Source of the DNA: Basidiobolus meristosporus CBS 931.73
Lineage: Eukaryota > Fungi > Basidiobolomycota
Length of the DNA stretch: 64,000 nucleotides
NCBI GenBank assembly: GCA_002104905.1
Contig: MCFE01000073.1
Span: forward strand, 121,180 to 185,179
Direction of reading: 5' to 3'
Positions within the stretch are counted from its first letter, which is position 1, and each line of letters begins with the position of its first letter. Made by a program: the position numbers and the translations under genes. Of this stretch, positions 31,856 through 44,269 are shown one piece after another. The notes beneath the pieces are model-generated. The model saw nothing but the letters and a program-made list of their open reading frames with translations, was not told the origin of the DNA and ran no database searches.

Positions 31856-34813
31856 CTAACGCTTGGACTTTTGCTTCTTAGCAATTCGCTTCAAGGCGCG
31901 GACTTCCTTCCTCATTCTTGGATCAACCATCTATAAAAGTGGATCGGTTAGCGTTGGAACTTGCATCGATGTATTCAAGTGTTCGATTTACCTTATAACG
32001 GCCACTGACTCCCTTTGGTCTGCCCTTGATGGCTCTGTTACCGCCCTTGGCTACAACCACCTTGATATCCTTCTTGGGCTTCTTCTTCATCGATCTGGAA
32101 AGAAGTTTGTTGATGGATTCAGCCTTCTCACGCTCAGTCATGTCTTCGTTCTCAGCGATGGTAGAGGCCTTTTGTTGGATCTTGGCCAGCTTCTTGACAG
32201 CCTTGAACTTCTTTCTAGCCTTGGCCTCAGCAATCTTCTTGATAGGACGGGCATCTAGGGCCTTCATCTTCTCGCGAAGCGCATTCATAGCTTCCTTAGT
32301 GACAGGTATATTGGGCTTGGAATGCTTTCTTTCATCGTCAATAAACCATTCTGGAAGACCCTGAGAATCACGGAAAGAATGCTTATTGAAGCCGTCGTCG
32401 ATAAGGTCAGTCTTGGTTTTCTCTCGATTGGCAAGCTGCTGAGCAAGTGTGACTGCCTCCGCGGTAATGAGTCCATAATCAGGAACCTTACCGGCTTCCT
32501 CACCATCATCACTCCAGAACTCTTCATCTTCGTCTTTATCAAGAGGCACGACTTCGAAGTCACTTTCGTTTTCACTCTCCTCTTCCTCAATTTCAGCGAC
32601 CTTTCTCTTGCGAGGCTTCTCTTCTTCTTCCTCCTCCTCCTCTTCTTCCACCATCTCTTCATCTTCAGCCTCGCTTTGTTCATCATCTTCCTCCTCCTCT
32701 TCATCATCAATACCAGAGAAGAGTTTGTTATCAAAGAACAAAGCGGCTTTCTTGGAAAGACCAGATGCGGTGGTTGTGTTCGCCTCCTTCTTTTTGAGAT
32801 CGACAACAAGTGGGTTCTTCTTCTTTAACTTGCTGTAAGACTCTTCATCAGACTCACTATCTTCACTTGAGTCAGAAACCTCATATTTGGGACGAACATT
32901 GTCCTCATCCTCAGAGTCGGAATCAGACTTGTCTTTGGAGAATCCTTTGAATTCTCCTTCCTTTTCTCTTAGTTTCTTGACCTTGAATTTGGCGTCGCGC
33001 TCCATCTGACGGTTTTGGAACTCCTCATACATTTGGTCCAACTCGTCGCCAAGATGGTTTGCGTCATCCTCATCGCTATCCGCGTCAGAATCTTTACCAA
33101 GATCAAAGTCGGAGTCGTCTTCACCCTTGATGTCGCCGTGATCCTCATCAGAAGACAAAACGATATCCATGTTGCCGTCGTAGATGTTCTCAAGAGTCTG
33201 GGATTTCTTGATCTTATGAATATCGAACAAGGTCTCCCCGTTGATTTGTTCGATACCAATTTCCGTCGGGGTGACCATGTTGAGCTGCATGCGTTGAAGG
33301 TTCTTTTGGCGTTGTTCATTCTTCTTGCGCTTCGCACGCTTAACGCGAGCTTGTTCCGCCTTTGTGAGATTCTCCATCTCTTCTTCCAGGAGTTCCTCCT
33401 CATCCACCTCCACTGTGACAGCGGCTTTCTCGGCTTCAGCTTGCTTCTTTCTTTCCTCCTCAGCAGCCAATTCTGGGTTCTCTGCCTTTCTTTTGGCCTT
33501 GATCAACTCCAGCATTTGGGTTCTCCACTTCAATAAACCACGGAAGTCCTTCTTACCCAGCACCTTGAGATCCTCCATGCAAGTTTGAATTTCCGAGTCG
33601 GTGGCTGGCTGTTTGAGCAAGAATTTGGCTTCGTCAGTGTCAAACTCCATTCTGTTGGCCGATCCAAGGACATTAATAGGTTCCATGGCATCAATAAAGT
33701 CCATGACGGAAATGGTCTTGTGGAGGGTATAATCTCCATCTTCGTAACCCTCACGTTGTCTCTTGTGTTTCTGCAAATTCGGAAGAGTCGGGTTAATGGA
33801 GCCTGGTATCCGTAAAATCTAACAATCTCAGCGTACCTCAGGGTGGAAGATATCTGCCTGCTTGTTGACGATGGTATCTTCAAGATCTTTGAAAACCCAT
33901 TTGGGATCCAAGAATTTGGGATCAATCTTCTTGGGAGCCAAGAAGTCTCTGCATACGACGAAAATTTCGGCGGATACGTTTCTGGAAGAAGGTGGCTTGG
34001 TAGCCTCAACACGCTTGAACAGCTGGTTGAATACCCACATCAGATTGTTGTAATCCTTTGATCTGAAGACCTTGGTAACAAAGGTACCTGTTACATTTGG
34101 TTAGTTAATGTCGTCTGTATATAGCATATGGTGGATTCTGATGGCTACCTCCTCTGTTCATGAACTCTACGGCGAGCTTTAGCGACATTAATACCAACTC
34201 TGACTGGGAGTAGGCATCTTGTACCCAGGCAGTACCGACATTAGGAGCACCATCGTGAAGGAAGCTGTATTATATTTGTATTTAATACGAGAAAACTCGG
34301 TATACGAACCAAGGTTGAACTTACACATCTGCTTTCCAGGTTTTTAGCTCGTTTCTAAGAGCTTGACGGCACCTTTCGGTTGTGATATCCTCTTGGAAAG
34401 TAATTACTTTGGGAATTGGCTTGATGGGGGCAAGATCCACACCTGAAGAATGAATGATACATCCATTAGCATGTCATTATATATATACCGGAATCGCTTT
34501 CCAGTCGAGAAATTGAGTTCAGTATTTACCAATGATCAGACTAGAAACGGGCATATATTTGGTAGCAACCTGAAGCCTGTAACACAAAGCTCGCGATTGA
34601 GTAAACGAAAACAGAATACCACTAAAACAAGGATACATACCAACCACCTGGGGCGGCACATAAATCTACAAGGACACGGGCACTACTCAAGAAGTTGAAC
34701 TTTTTGTTCAGCTGTACCAACTTGAACGCAGAACGGGCACGATAACCCTGCTCCTTAGCCAAGTAGTAGTACTTATCCAAACGCCCCTTTCCGACCTTCT
34801 TTTTGAAACCCAT
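31856..34813 (-). CDS. SPB1: AdoMet-dependent rRNA methyltransferase Spb1/FTSJ3
   Basis: [29 protein letters not shown]; [12 protein letters not shown]; LHDGAPNVG; [16 protein letters not shown]; C-terminal GVSGRYK-MVDPRM. Confidence 0.95.
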
Positions 34814-35706
34814 TTTGAATGCTTCCTCCTAAAAATGACCAGGGAAGAACAGGTGAACTGGATACGAATATGGAGTAGACCAGAGACCAAGAAAAAAAAT
34901 CCCCCCAATCGTGTATGGAGAAAAGTGTGACTTTGAAAAAAATTCCATGTCCAGTTGGTTAATTCCAATTTACTCGAAATATTTTTTTTTTTCATTTCCA
35001 CCTTGCACTTGGTCCCTTTTTTTTCCTGGGACTGGTGATGGATTTGGCATGAATCACTGGTTACCTTTGTACGTAAATCTCAACTTTGTTTATCTTTTGA
35101 CTTGGATACCACGTGATTAACCTGGATATCTGTGAAAAGCTAATGTTCATGCGTATCTGTCAACGGAGTAATATACCTCTTTGACCGTCATATTCAGGAG
35201 GTTTATAAATAGAAGGATAACTTTGGGGGATCAGCAATGGGCTTTATATTAATTGTGGTCCTGTCTTCGCGCGTGTGTCTGGGCTGTCTACGACTGAAAG
35301 GTTGCCAGGTGTTTTTTGATGATATGCAATCTTTTCTATTGCTTTACCGTTCGCGAAAAGATATGGCATGCAAAACTTAATTGCCAAGCGTAGCGCGAAC
35401 CTTCATGCTGCTTTACCAACGCGACGTTAGTAAATCGCAAATTCCTGGCCAATCGATTTCCCAAAACTGGGATATCATCCTCTTTGACCTCATAAAGTAT
35501 GTTGTGTCAACATCTAGTAGCCCAAATTAGGTTCCTGAACCCCGATGTAATTGTTGCCTTTACTCCAGTACCCGTGGTTCTGTAAGTAAAGTACTGGTTT
35601 ACTTAAACAATTAGTACGTGTGGTGATTTTCCAAAAAGAGTTATCAGTAGTGGAGGATTGACAACTATATAAGATTTCAGCCTTGCTGATATCCCACCAC
35701 AAGACT

Positions 35707-37440
35707 ATGCATCTCTCTACCAAGTTATTAGCTGGCATTGCCAGTGCAGTTGTCGTCACTGCAACTGATTATTTCCCGTTTGAATACCCTAGTGAATGCA
35801 TCTCAGCTGCTATAGACAAGGCCGGGAAAAAATGCTGGCCTGAGTATACACAGAACCAAAATAGCCAGTACTTTGTACAATCCCTGTCATGCTTGTGTGA
35901 TGTTAGCAACCCTGGACACACCACATTTATGACTGATAGGACTCAGTACTTCTCTGACTTCAAATGTGTTCCAATTGATGTCGCAGCAAGTGAACAGCTG
36001 GATGGTCCTATCTGTCAATGGTACTACGATAATAAGAGTTACCCAACAACCACCGATCGTATCAGGCAAACTGAAGTTTCCAAGTCTCCCAACATTCCTT
36101 CTGCTACCGAACCTAACAAACACAGTATGAAGTTTGATTCTTTCAAGTCCACGCCTAGTGCCGTATCTCGCAAATCAATGGACAGTGCGGTATCACGTCG
36201 ACCCTCTGTGATTGCTAAATCTCGAAAGCCTACAGGATATACAAAATCCAGTAGATCTGTTGCGACTAGTATTACTAAAAAAAGTACCAACACCTCTGAG
36301 ATTCCGGAGTCCTCTCGCACTTCTAAAAATATTCATTCAAGTGTTGGTTCCAAGAAACCAACAGATAAAGAGCGTCATTTGATCAAAAGCATTGGTGCCC
36401 AACCTGAGGTAACGTCAATCGACAGCGAGTCACGTGGCATTACCAAAAGCATTGGAACCCGACATCACGAAGTAACATCAACGGATAAAGAATTTCGTAG
36501 CTTGACCATAAGTACTGAAGCACCAGAATCTAAGTTTACTGGATCTACGAAAACGATTGGGCATCAAAAACCCACATCTACCTTGACTTCTGAGCACTCG
36601 CCCAGTGACAACCCCACAGGATCTGGAACGGAGGTTAAACATACGGAGAGCAGCATACTGCATACACAACCATCGCAGCTTGCTGTTACGACACCTTCAT
36701 CAAAGCTTATTCCTACAACACTCTCAAATACACCTTCGAATATCCCAGAGACCCCCGCTATTCCCGTAACAGTCCGATCGCATAAATTCACCGCAAAACC
36801 AACCAAAACTCACATGCGTGAAGAGCGTACGCCTTTTAGGCTGGACTCTATCTCTGCAGTAAACGGACCTAACAAGAGCATTATCTCATCCACGCTGAAG
36901 ACCGTTGAGACACACAAGCCGTATAGCTCCTCCATCAAGCCTACGATATCCTCGAAATTGGAGAACTACACGGAAAGTAAGAAACAAGAATCGACTACAT
37001 CTGAAAGCCGCAGCGGGCCAGTAGAAAAAACGATGGATCGAATTGCCATCCAATCTCTGCCAACCACGAAACAAATGGAATTTACTGGAACTAGAGATGC
37101 GGTCACGTCCACTCATTCTGCTAGTAATGCCTACCAATCCACCAAAACAGTCGGCATTGCGCCTTCCCATTCCAGTGGACCATTCAAACCCTCCAAGATG
37201 GTTTCTTATTCCTGTATCCCCAAAACCGTGACTACCACGGAGTTCGTAACTGCCACCACGACAGCCAACTCGCCTAGGCCGTCAAGCGCCCTATGTACCG
37301 GTGGTACCTATGAGTGTGTGAACTCCGGAGTCTCCCAAAAATTCAGCGTTTGTGCGAATGGGAAACTCTACGAAAATGACTGCGCAGCTGGTACTGTATG
37401 CAAAAGCTTCCAGGGCTCAATCATTTGCGATTGGCCTTAA
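35707..37440 (+). CDS. Secreted Ser/Thr-rich protein with Cys-rich N-terminal domain and C-terminal CBM19-like chitin-binding module
   Basis: Signal-like MHLSTKLLAGIASAVVVTA; 6-Cys N-terminal region; long S/T linker; ends CTGGTYECVNSG..FSVCANG..DCAAGTVCKSFQGSIICDWP. Confidence 0.75.
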   Translation: MHLSTKLLAGIASAVVVTATDYFPFEYPSECISAAIDKAGKKCWPEYTQNQNSQYFVQSLSCLCDVSNPGHTTFMTDRTQYFSDFKCVPIDVAASEQLDGPICQWYYDNKSYPTTTDRIRQTEVSKSPNIPSATEPNKHSMKFDSFKSTPSAVSRKSMDSAVSRRPSVIAKSRKPTGYTKSSRSVATSITKKSTNTSEIPESSRTSKNIHSSVGSKKPTDKERHLIKSIGAQPEVTSIDSESRGITKSIGTRHHEVTSTDKEFRSLTISTEAPESKFTGSTKTIGHQKPTSTLTSEHSPSDNPTGSGTEVKHTESSILHTQPSQLAVTTPSSKLIPTTLSNTPSNIPETPAIPVTVRSHKFTAKPTKTHMREERTPFRLDSISAVNGPNKSIISSTLKTVETHKPYSSSIKPTISSKLENYTESKKQESTTSESRSGPVEKTMDRIAIQSLPTTKQMEFTGTRDAVTSTHSASNAYQSTKTVGIAPSHSSGPFKPSKMVSYSCIPKTVTTTEFVTATTTANSPRPSSALCTGGTYECVNSGVSQKFSVCANGKLYENDCAAGTVCKSFQGSIICDWP

Positions 37441-37922
37441 GATGAAATAGTTGAGTGAATTATAGCTGTAAATTAATTAAACTGTATCCTGAAGTTAACT
37501 GGTTCCTAGTGGTGTTCTATCTGGATCAAGGTTGGCATTATGGCCAGCATGATAAGAGTCTATTCTGCATGCAAAATCCACGCTCGCTATTTTTAGCATT
37601 TCTATAGAGGGATGAACTTCTCAGAGATATTGTTGCTGGGCATGGATGGGGAAACATCCATTATTCCGGCTATTTCGCGGCGAGGATTAATGAAACAAGA
37701 AAAGATAAACCAAATATGTGGGGGATGTTTTTCCTTTTATAACCCTGGCATGATATTTCCCTGGATTGCCTGTCGAGCAAAACATAGTCCTTTCCAAGCC
37801 CAGCACCCAATCAATGTTATATGACGAAAAAGCTCGGTTGTATCGTTTAGGTACCACTTTGTATAGCAACTGGATATATAAATGATCACCATGAGTATGT
37901 TCCTTCCTAACCTTCCATCATC

Positions 37923-40312
37923 ATGAAGCTGACGTCTTTGTTACCTTCAATTTCTGTGGCTTTACTTGCCTCGACTGCATCCGCCCTAAACCCTCTTGTC
38001 ATCAAGGGCAACAAGTTTTTCGATGCAGTTACTGGTGACCAATTTTTTATCAAAGGCGTAGCCTATCAGCCCAGTGGACAGACTGGGCCCAACAAGGATC
38101 CTCTTTCCAACATCGAGACCTGCAAACGTGACATTGCCTACTTCAAAGATTTGGGTTTGAACACCATCCGCGTTTATGAAGTTGATAACACTTTGAATCA
38201 TGATGCGTGCATGAGCGCCTTGGCCGATGCTGGTATCTACTTGGTCTTGGATATCTCTACTCCCAAATATTCCATCAATCGCCTCAATCCAGTCTACGAC
38301 TTGACTTTGCTGAATCATTACAAGAAGACCGTGGACGCTTTTGCTAATTATTCGAACGTTCTTGGTTTCTTCGCTGGTAATGAGGTTGTCAACCAAGTTA
38401 ACGCCACCCCTGCCGCTCCCATGGTTAAAGCTTCTATCCGTGACTTGAAGCAGTACATGAAGACTAAGGAGAGATACATTCCCATCGGTTATTCTACAAG
38501 TGATGATGCTACCATCAGAGTCGATTGTGGCGACTACTTCAACTGTGGATCTGAGGATGAAAGAGTAGGCCTTGTTTTACGTTTTTATTTTCTTCCCTGA
38601 CTCACATTTTTGTTGTAGATTGACTTCTACGGCTACAACCTTTACTCCTGGTGTGGAGACGAGGCGACTTTCCAGAGTTCCCAATATGCTGCTAGAACCG
38701 AACAATTCGCCACTTATAGCGCTCCAGTATTTTTGAGTGAGTTCGGATGTAACACTAACGGCGTTCGTAGCTTCCACCAGGTCAAGGCTATCTTCGGACC
38801 TGATATGGAAGATACCTTCTCTGGTGGCATTGTGTACGAATATTCTGAGGAGCCCAACAACTATGGATTGGTTACCATTAGCTCTGATGGCCAAGTGACC
38901 AAGAGACCATGCTATCAAAATTTGAAACAGGAGTTGGCCAGTGTTAACCCTACTATTTTGAAAGAGGCCAGCTACACCCCAAGTCCTGAGCGTACACCAA
39001 GCCAATGCCCAGCAATCAGTGCTACTTGGTTGGCAAGCACCAACATCCCCCCTACACCTTCTGAAGAATTGTGTGCTTCCATGATGAACTCTCTCAAATG
39101 TGTCTACTCAAAGAAGGCGGGCACCACCCCAAATATGGGCAAATTGTTCACCTGGTTGTGTGGTCAGACATCTTGCACCGATATTGCTGAGGATGGCAAA
39201 ACAGGCGCCTATGGAAAATATTCTGGCTGCACTGCTGATCAACGACTATCATACATGTTCAACGAGTATTATACCAAGAACGGTGAAAACCCCAAGACTT
39301 GCGACTTCCAAGGATTGGGAGCCATCGTAACCCCTTCAGACACCATCATCAGTTCAAGTTCTAGCAGCAGTACTGAGACTACTCAAACTTCCACCACTAC
39401 TAGCAGTAGCCATAGTGAGACTAAGAAGACCACTTCTTCTGCTAAGACTTCTGAGACTGCTAAGAGCACTGCTACTAGCACTGAGAAGACTTCAGAATCA
39501 CCCAAGGGCACTACAGAGTCTGACAAGACTTCCGAGACTCACAAGAGCGACGCTACCGAGACCAACAAAACTAGTGTTACTGAGAAGACTTCTGAGGTTC
39601 AAACGAGCACTGATACTGAGGTTACCAGTACTAGCAGCGCTACTGAGTCTGAGAAGACCGTCGCTAGCGAATCTGAAAGCCAAGCCACATCGATACTACC
39701 AAGTCTGATGCTTCTGCAAAGACCACCACCTCTGATAAGGCTACTGAGACTCACAAAGACACCACCGTCGTCACTACCAAGTCTGATGCTTCTGATAAGA
39801 TCACCACTACTGATAAGGCTACTGAAACTCACAAGACTACTGCTACTGAAAACCGTACTCATGAATCCCACAGTAGCAAGTCTACCGAAACCCATAAGAG
39901 CACCGCCGCCGCCACTACCAAGTCTGATGATATCAAAAAGACTACCACAACTGATAAGGCTACTGAAACTCACAAGACCACCGCCACTGAAAATCATACT
40001 CATGAATTCCACAGCAGCAAGTCTACCGAAACTCACAAGGCCACCACAGCTGAAGCCCACAAAACTACCGACGACGCTCACAAGCCTATTGGAACTTGCA
40101 TTCCCTCAACCCTTACCGTCACCAAGGTTGTGACTGTCTCGGCCTCCGCCCCTACCGAAGTATCATGCGTTAACGGCGCTTACAAATGTGTCGATTCAGG
40201 AAAATCGGACAAATTCACCGTCTGCGCCAACGGTAGAATCATCACCAATGTATGTGCACCTGGCACGGTGTGCAAGACATTTGAGGGTTCGATCATCTGC
40301 GACTGGGCCTAG
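37923..40312 (+). CDS. GH72 beta-1,3-glucanosyltransferase (Gas-like) + X8/CBM43 + S/T repeats + CBM19-like module; one intron, 1-bp frameshift near 39687
   Basis: FFIKGVAYQP, NTIRVY, FFAGNEV, SEFGC and GGIVYEY; Cys-box X8 domain. The shifted frame is open to 40312 and ends CVNGAYKC..CAPGTVCKTFEGSIICDWA. Confidence 0.88.
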
Positions 40313-40710
40313 AAACTAGATACGAACTATATTTTTAGCAATACAACCGAATAAAGTAATCGTTGGACCGATGTAGATCATCCATGAACCATGCAGTTCC
40401 ATGTGGCAATCTATATTAGCCACGGTACATCTGGATACAATCAGAGATCGTGCTTTCAAATCGTTGGGCAGAATCATTTTGGCTAACAGTATATCCGCAA
40501 GTTAATGCTAAGCAGGGGATGGGTGTTCACATGTCGAAATGGCTTAATTCTCGTGGGGTTTTGTGTCCAGCTCTGGCATAATTGAGCTTTGTCTGACTTA
40601 CGTAAATTATACCCCAATCGGGTCGCTTTATCTAGATATTGTTTCGTTTAGGAATTTACCGAAGAAGTTCATCTCCCCGACCGGTCTAGCATCTGTTGTC
40701 TCACGGCTTG

Positions 40711-41496
40711 CTACATCAGAGCTTTGCCACTGCTAAAGGTGCCCCAACTGTGCTGAGCCAAATCCTCGCCGTATGCAGAACGTAACCAATATCCAACCAT
40801 CCTGTACGCAACTCCTGTTTCGTGGGGCGTTAGGTTGGAAATAGGTCTGAGCCATGGGCGCCAGGCAGAAGACCCGGGTACAGCTTTGTCATCGCTTTTA
40901 CCGGTTGGACGAGATGATAGTACCACGTGTTGTGTTTGGTGTTGGTGGCAAAGAAATTGGTCCGTGGAATAGAAAATCCTCTTTGATGCGGGCCGCGAGC
41001 GCTGGTCATTCATTTGTATCATTTGACTGCGGTGCTGGGTACAGCTCCTCAAACTCCACTCTCAAGTCATCCGGGATTGCATTTGCCAGAGTCGAAAGTC
41101 CTTCTAACATAGGAAAAGATACGCCCTGTAGAGAATTGTAAGCGGTTGTGATCTACAGCAAACGTGAAATAACTACTGGCCTCATCTTTACAGCCACCAA
41201 CAACTACTACTTCAATGGATCCAAAGCCCGTCTTAGAAAACCCCCGTGAATAAGCACATCACCTCGATGAGGCCCTCAATGATACCGAAACTATAGAAAT
41301 TGGTCACCAGCGTGGTGACATTAATTTGCCGGAGAGCATCCACCTTCCACTGACTATCCAAGTTGTTGTCGATGCCGCACTTCTCTATCAGCGAATCGAA
41401 AAACGGTTGGTGGCTTCCAATTGAGTACGGGGTGATAGTGCTGACAGTTCCGGGTTGTAAGATACCCCTCGCAAATATGTCTTGATGTAGAAGCAT
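40711..41496 (-). pseudogene. Carboxylesterase type B remnant (C-terminal half) with stops and frameshifts
   Basis: Ordered motifs across frames: IFARGILQPGT (cf. FxRAILQSG), GVF*DGLW (cf. PVVDG), VVVGGCKDEASSYF (cf. IGxxxDEG), DQFLC, GAHGSDL (catalytic His), MVGYW. Confidence 0.6.
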
Positions 41497-42589
41497 TTGA
41501 AGATGAATTGAGATGGAGAATATGGACTAGAGTAACACTAGTAGTCCCTTGACAGTTGCATATAGAGGTGGACTATGTAAGCTACCATTGTTGGTAGTGA
41601 TGGCAAAGTGATGGTAGATGTTTATATAGTAAATTTCTTAAATACTTGTGGTTGTTATGCATCAACATTTAAAACTTAGCCAATTTTATTCTGTCAGAAA
41701 ATCTAGTACCCTAACTGATTCTCCCTAACCCAAACATAACTAATACCAGTTATGGTTTATTTTATCACTTCTCAGAATCTATCTTTAGCTGTCACACCTA
41801 ACCAATCTTTATGTGGTCATCATGTCCTCAACTGATCTGCTAAGCCTTTCCAAGTGATTAGTCATCTGAGATCTCTCCAACCACTTAGCAGTTGCCAAGA
41901 CATCAGCTGATTGATGATGCAATTTTCATTTATCATATGTACCTATCAAGCACCCAAACCAATTTCAGCTAATTCAGTCTCATGGTGCTTACTAATTCAA
42001 CTTGATCAGAAAAGTATAAATAAAGTTTACTGAACTTTTTAGTTTAGTGTGTGTCTCAACAAAATTAAGATTGTGCCTCAGCAAAATTAAGAATTCAACA
42101 ATTCAATTCCAGTTTCTACCCAAGCCTAGCATCTCTAGCACTCCCAGGAGCACCAAGCCTAGCCTGCATAGCAAACCAACTCTGTTGCCTTTATAGCCAA
42201 ACCTAGCCATATACAAGACCAATATTAGACCAGAATCTCTTTGCTAATATTTCCACCACTCTCTGACAATTCTGAGATTCTGCACTTAGTTGTCCCTTAG
42301 GTTCAATTAAACCATTCAAGAGTTTTATTACACTTTTCTCTTGGATACAACAGTGGTAAAGATATTTTCAATCCTTCCACTAGCAGCTTTGAAAGTCAAA
42401 ATTAGTGTAGGGTATCCAAGACATGAGAAATCTCAAAGCTCTCCAAACATACATATATGCTCATAAGGTCTTCCTTGGCATATTCTATATGTTTGTTTTG
42501 CCAAGACTATGTAGAATTATCAGTACTAGTTTTACTTTTGATGAATCATTAAGTGAAAGCCACATGATATGATTGCTCTGTCTATCACT

Positions 42590-43490
42590 CCTGATATCTC
42601 CAAAACTCTTACAACAGGTTGCAATCCCCAAGCTCTCACTCTCTGGAATGTCTACTACTGCTTTTATTGAAATTTTTCCCTCCACCAGAAACATGGATGA
42701 ATCTAACTGTCATAAGTTTTGAAATTACACCTAGATATTATTGCAATATTCTGAGGAGCATTGGAAGTGATGTGGAGAACTAAAGGATTCCATGTTATTC
42801 ACTTGTAGACTTATTGATCAAAAGTATGATATTTATACTTTGGATAAAGTAGAGAAAAAAAACATGCAGAGTTTGTTAAGGAAGGTCCGAGGAATATGTG
42901 TGCAAAGTTTGGGGGCTTTTGGGCAACTCTGAGAAAGTTCATAATCTGAGTAACTGATAATTTGGTGAAAATATTGCAAGTAAATTCCAACAAGGAATTT
43001 AGTCAGAATAGAATGCTAATTACAGAATAAGATCTATGTGCCTAAGTTAGCATGAATATTTAGGTGACAACTTAATAATTACAACAAAGTCCATGTAAAA
43101 GTATAAATACCACTTTTACATTCAATAAATCATCAAGTGAAAACCACATAATCTACTTGTTCTCCCAATCACTTCCAGTATATCTAAAACTCTTACAACA
43201 GTTTTCACTTGATGATTTATTGAATGGAAGTGTTGCATTTGTTTGTGTACATTTTCTTGACAAAACAAACACATAGAAGGCACTTAAGAAGGTTCCAAGA
43301 GTATGTGTGCAAGGTTTTGAACTCCTTGAAGAGCTTATGAATTTCTCATGTCCTGGATACCTAATATTTTGATAAGATACTCCAAGCAAGCCCCAACAGG
43401 GAACTTGGGCAAGATATCCCAAGATTTTCAGACTATGATCTGAGTGATAAAGTTTATGTAATACTTGGGTGTACTTACATAGAAGGTAGA
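42590..43490. mobile_element. Degenerate LTR-like relics related to the Copia LTR at about 52.7-53.0 kb
   Basis: Shared blocks gtaaat(t/c)ccaacaaggaattt(a/g)gtcag, gaatatttaggtg and gtg(t/a)gcaaag. The homology ends at acaaca (43081-43086), the same terminus as at 53031-53036. Confidence 0.6.
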
Positions 43491-44269
43491 CCACATTTCA
43501 TCGGCCATATTATTCCACATGGGAACCTGGAAGTACACTGGAACAATAAGAAGAAATTATAAGATCGACCTGGAAAATTGGGAATGAAGTTGTGGGAAAA
43601 TTTTCGTAACATCTAGATTTCTACTGGTTCCTTGAGTAGGTTGGTATTTTAATCATCAGCAAGAGATATATCAGGAATAAAGCAATGAATAGTCCAGTCG
43701 GTTATCATAAGATATTACAGCAAAATATGGCACACATCCAATCAGAGTATTGAAGTCCGTAGCGGGATTAGGTACAGAATATTGGAAGCATATATATCCA
43801 CCAAGACCAGAGTAATGGCTATGTTTCTTCCCTTGATTCGGATAAATGAGAGGCTGCTTTGATTTGGTGCTGTTCTATAAATTTCAGCGCTGTTTCATTG
43901 TGAAAATAAATCCGGTATGGACGGCCATATGTATAGATTCCAGTCGAATGTTGAAGAAGGGTGGGCTCATACGTGTTGGCGGTACGGGGAGGTGGGCGTT
44001 CGTTAAGTGGGGTTAAACATACTAGAATTTCTGGATCGAACATTAATTTAGCATATATGGAGGTATACTGGGTGCTTTATTTGTTATATGTATATATACA
44101 CACAGAATTAATCCATATCACTCGCATCATGCATATATTTAGAAATATACAGGGAATTTTATTTGTTAGATATTAGATTACAATATTTGGGGGATGGTTG
44201 GTGGATGGTTGGTGGATGGTTGGTGAATGATCTATGCAGAGCCTGAGTACTGATACGCCCTGTTGGTAT

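Noticed and set aside
32026-33588. Multiple overlapping ORFs and Glu/Ser-rich repeats within SPB1
   Set aside because: These are alternative-frame shadows of the acidic low-complexity coding region.
34615-34645. GTATCCTT-like U12 donor in an SPB1 intron
   Set aside because: The frame is restored only with the upstream GTATGT (U2) donor; the GTATCC position gives the wrong phase.
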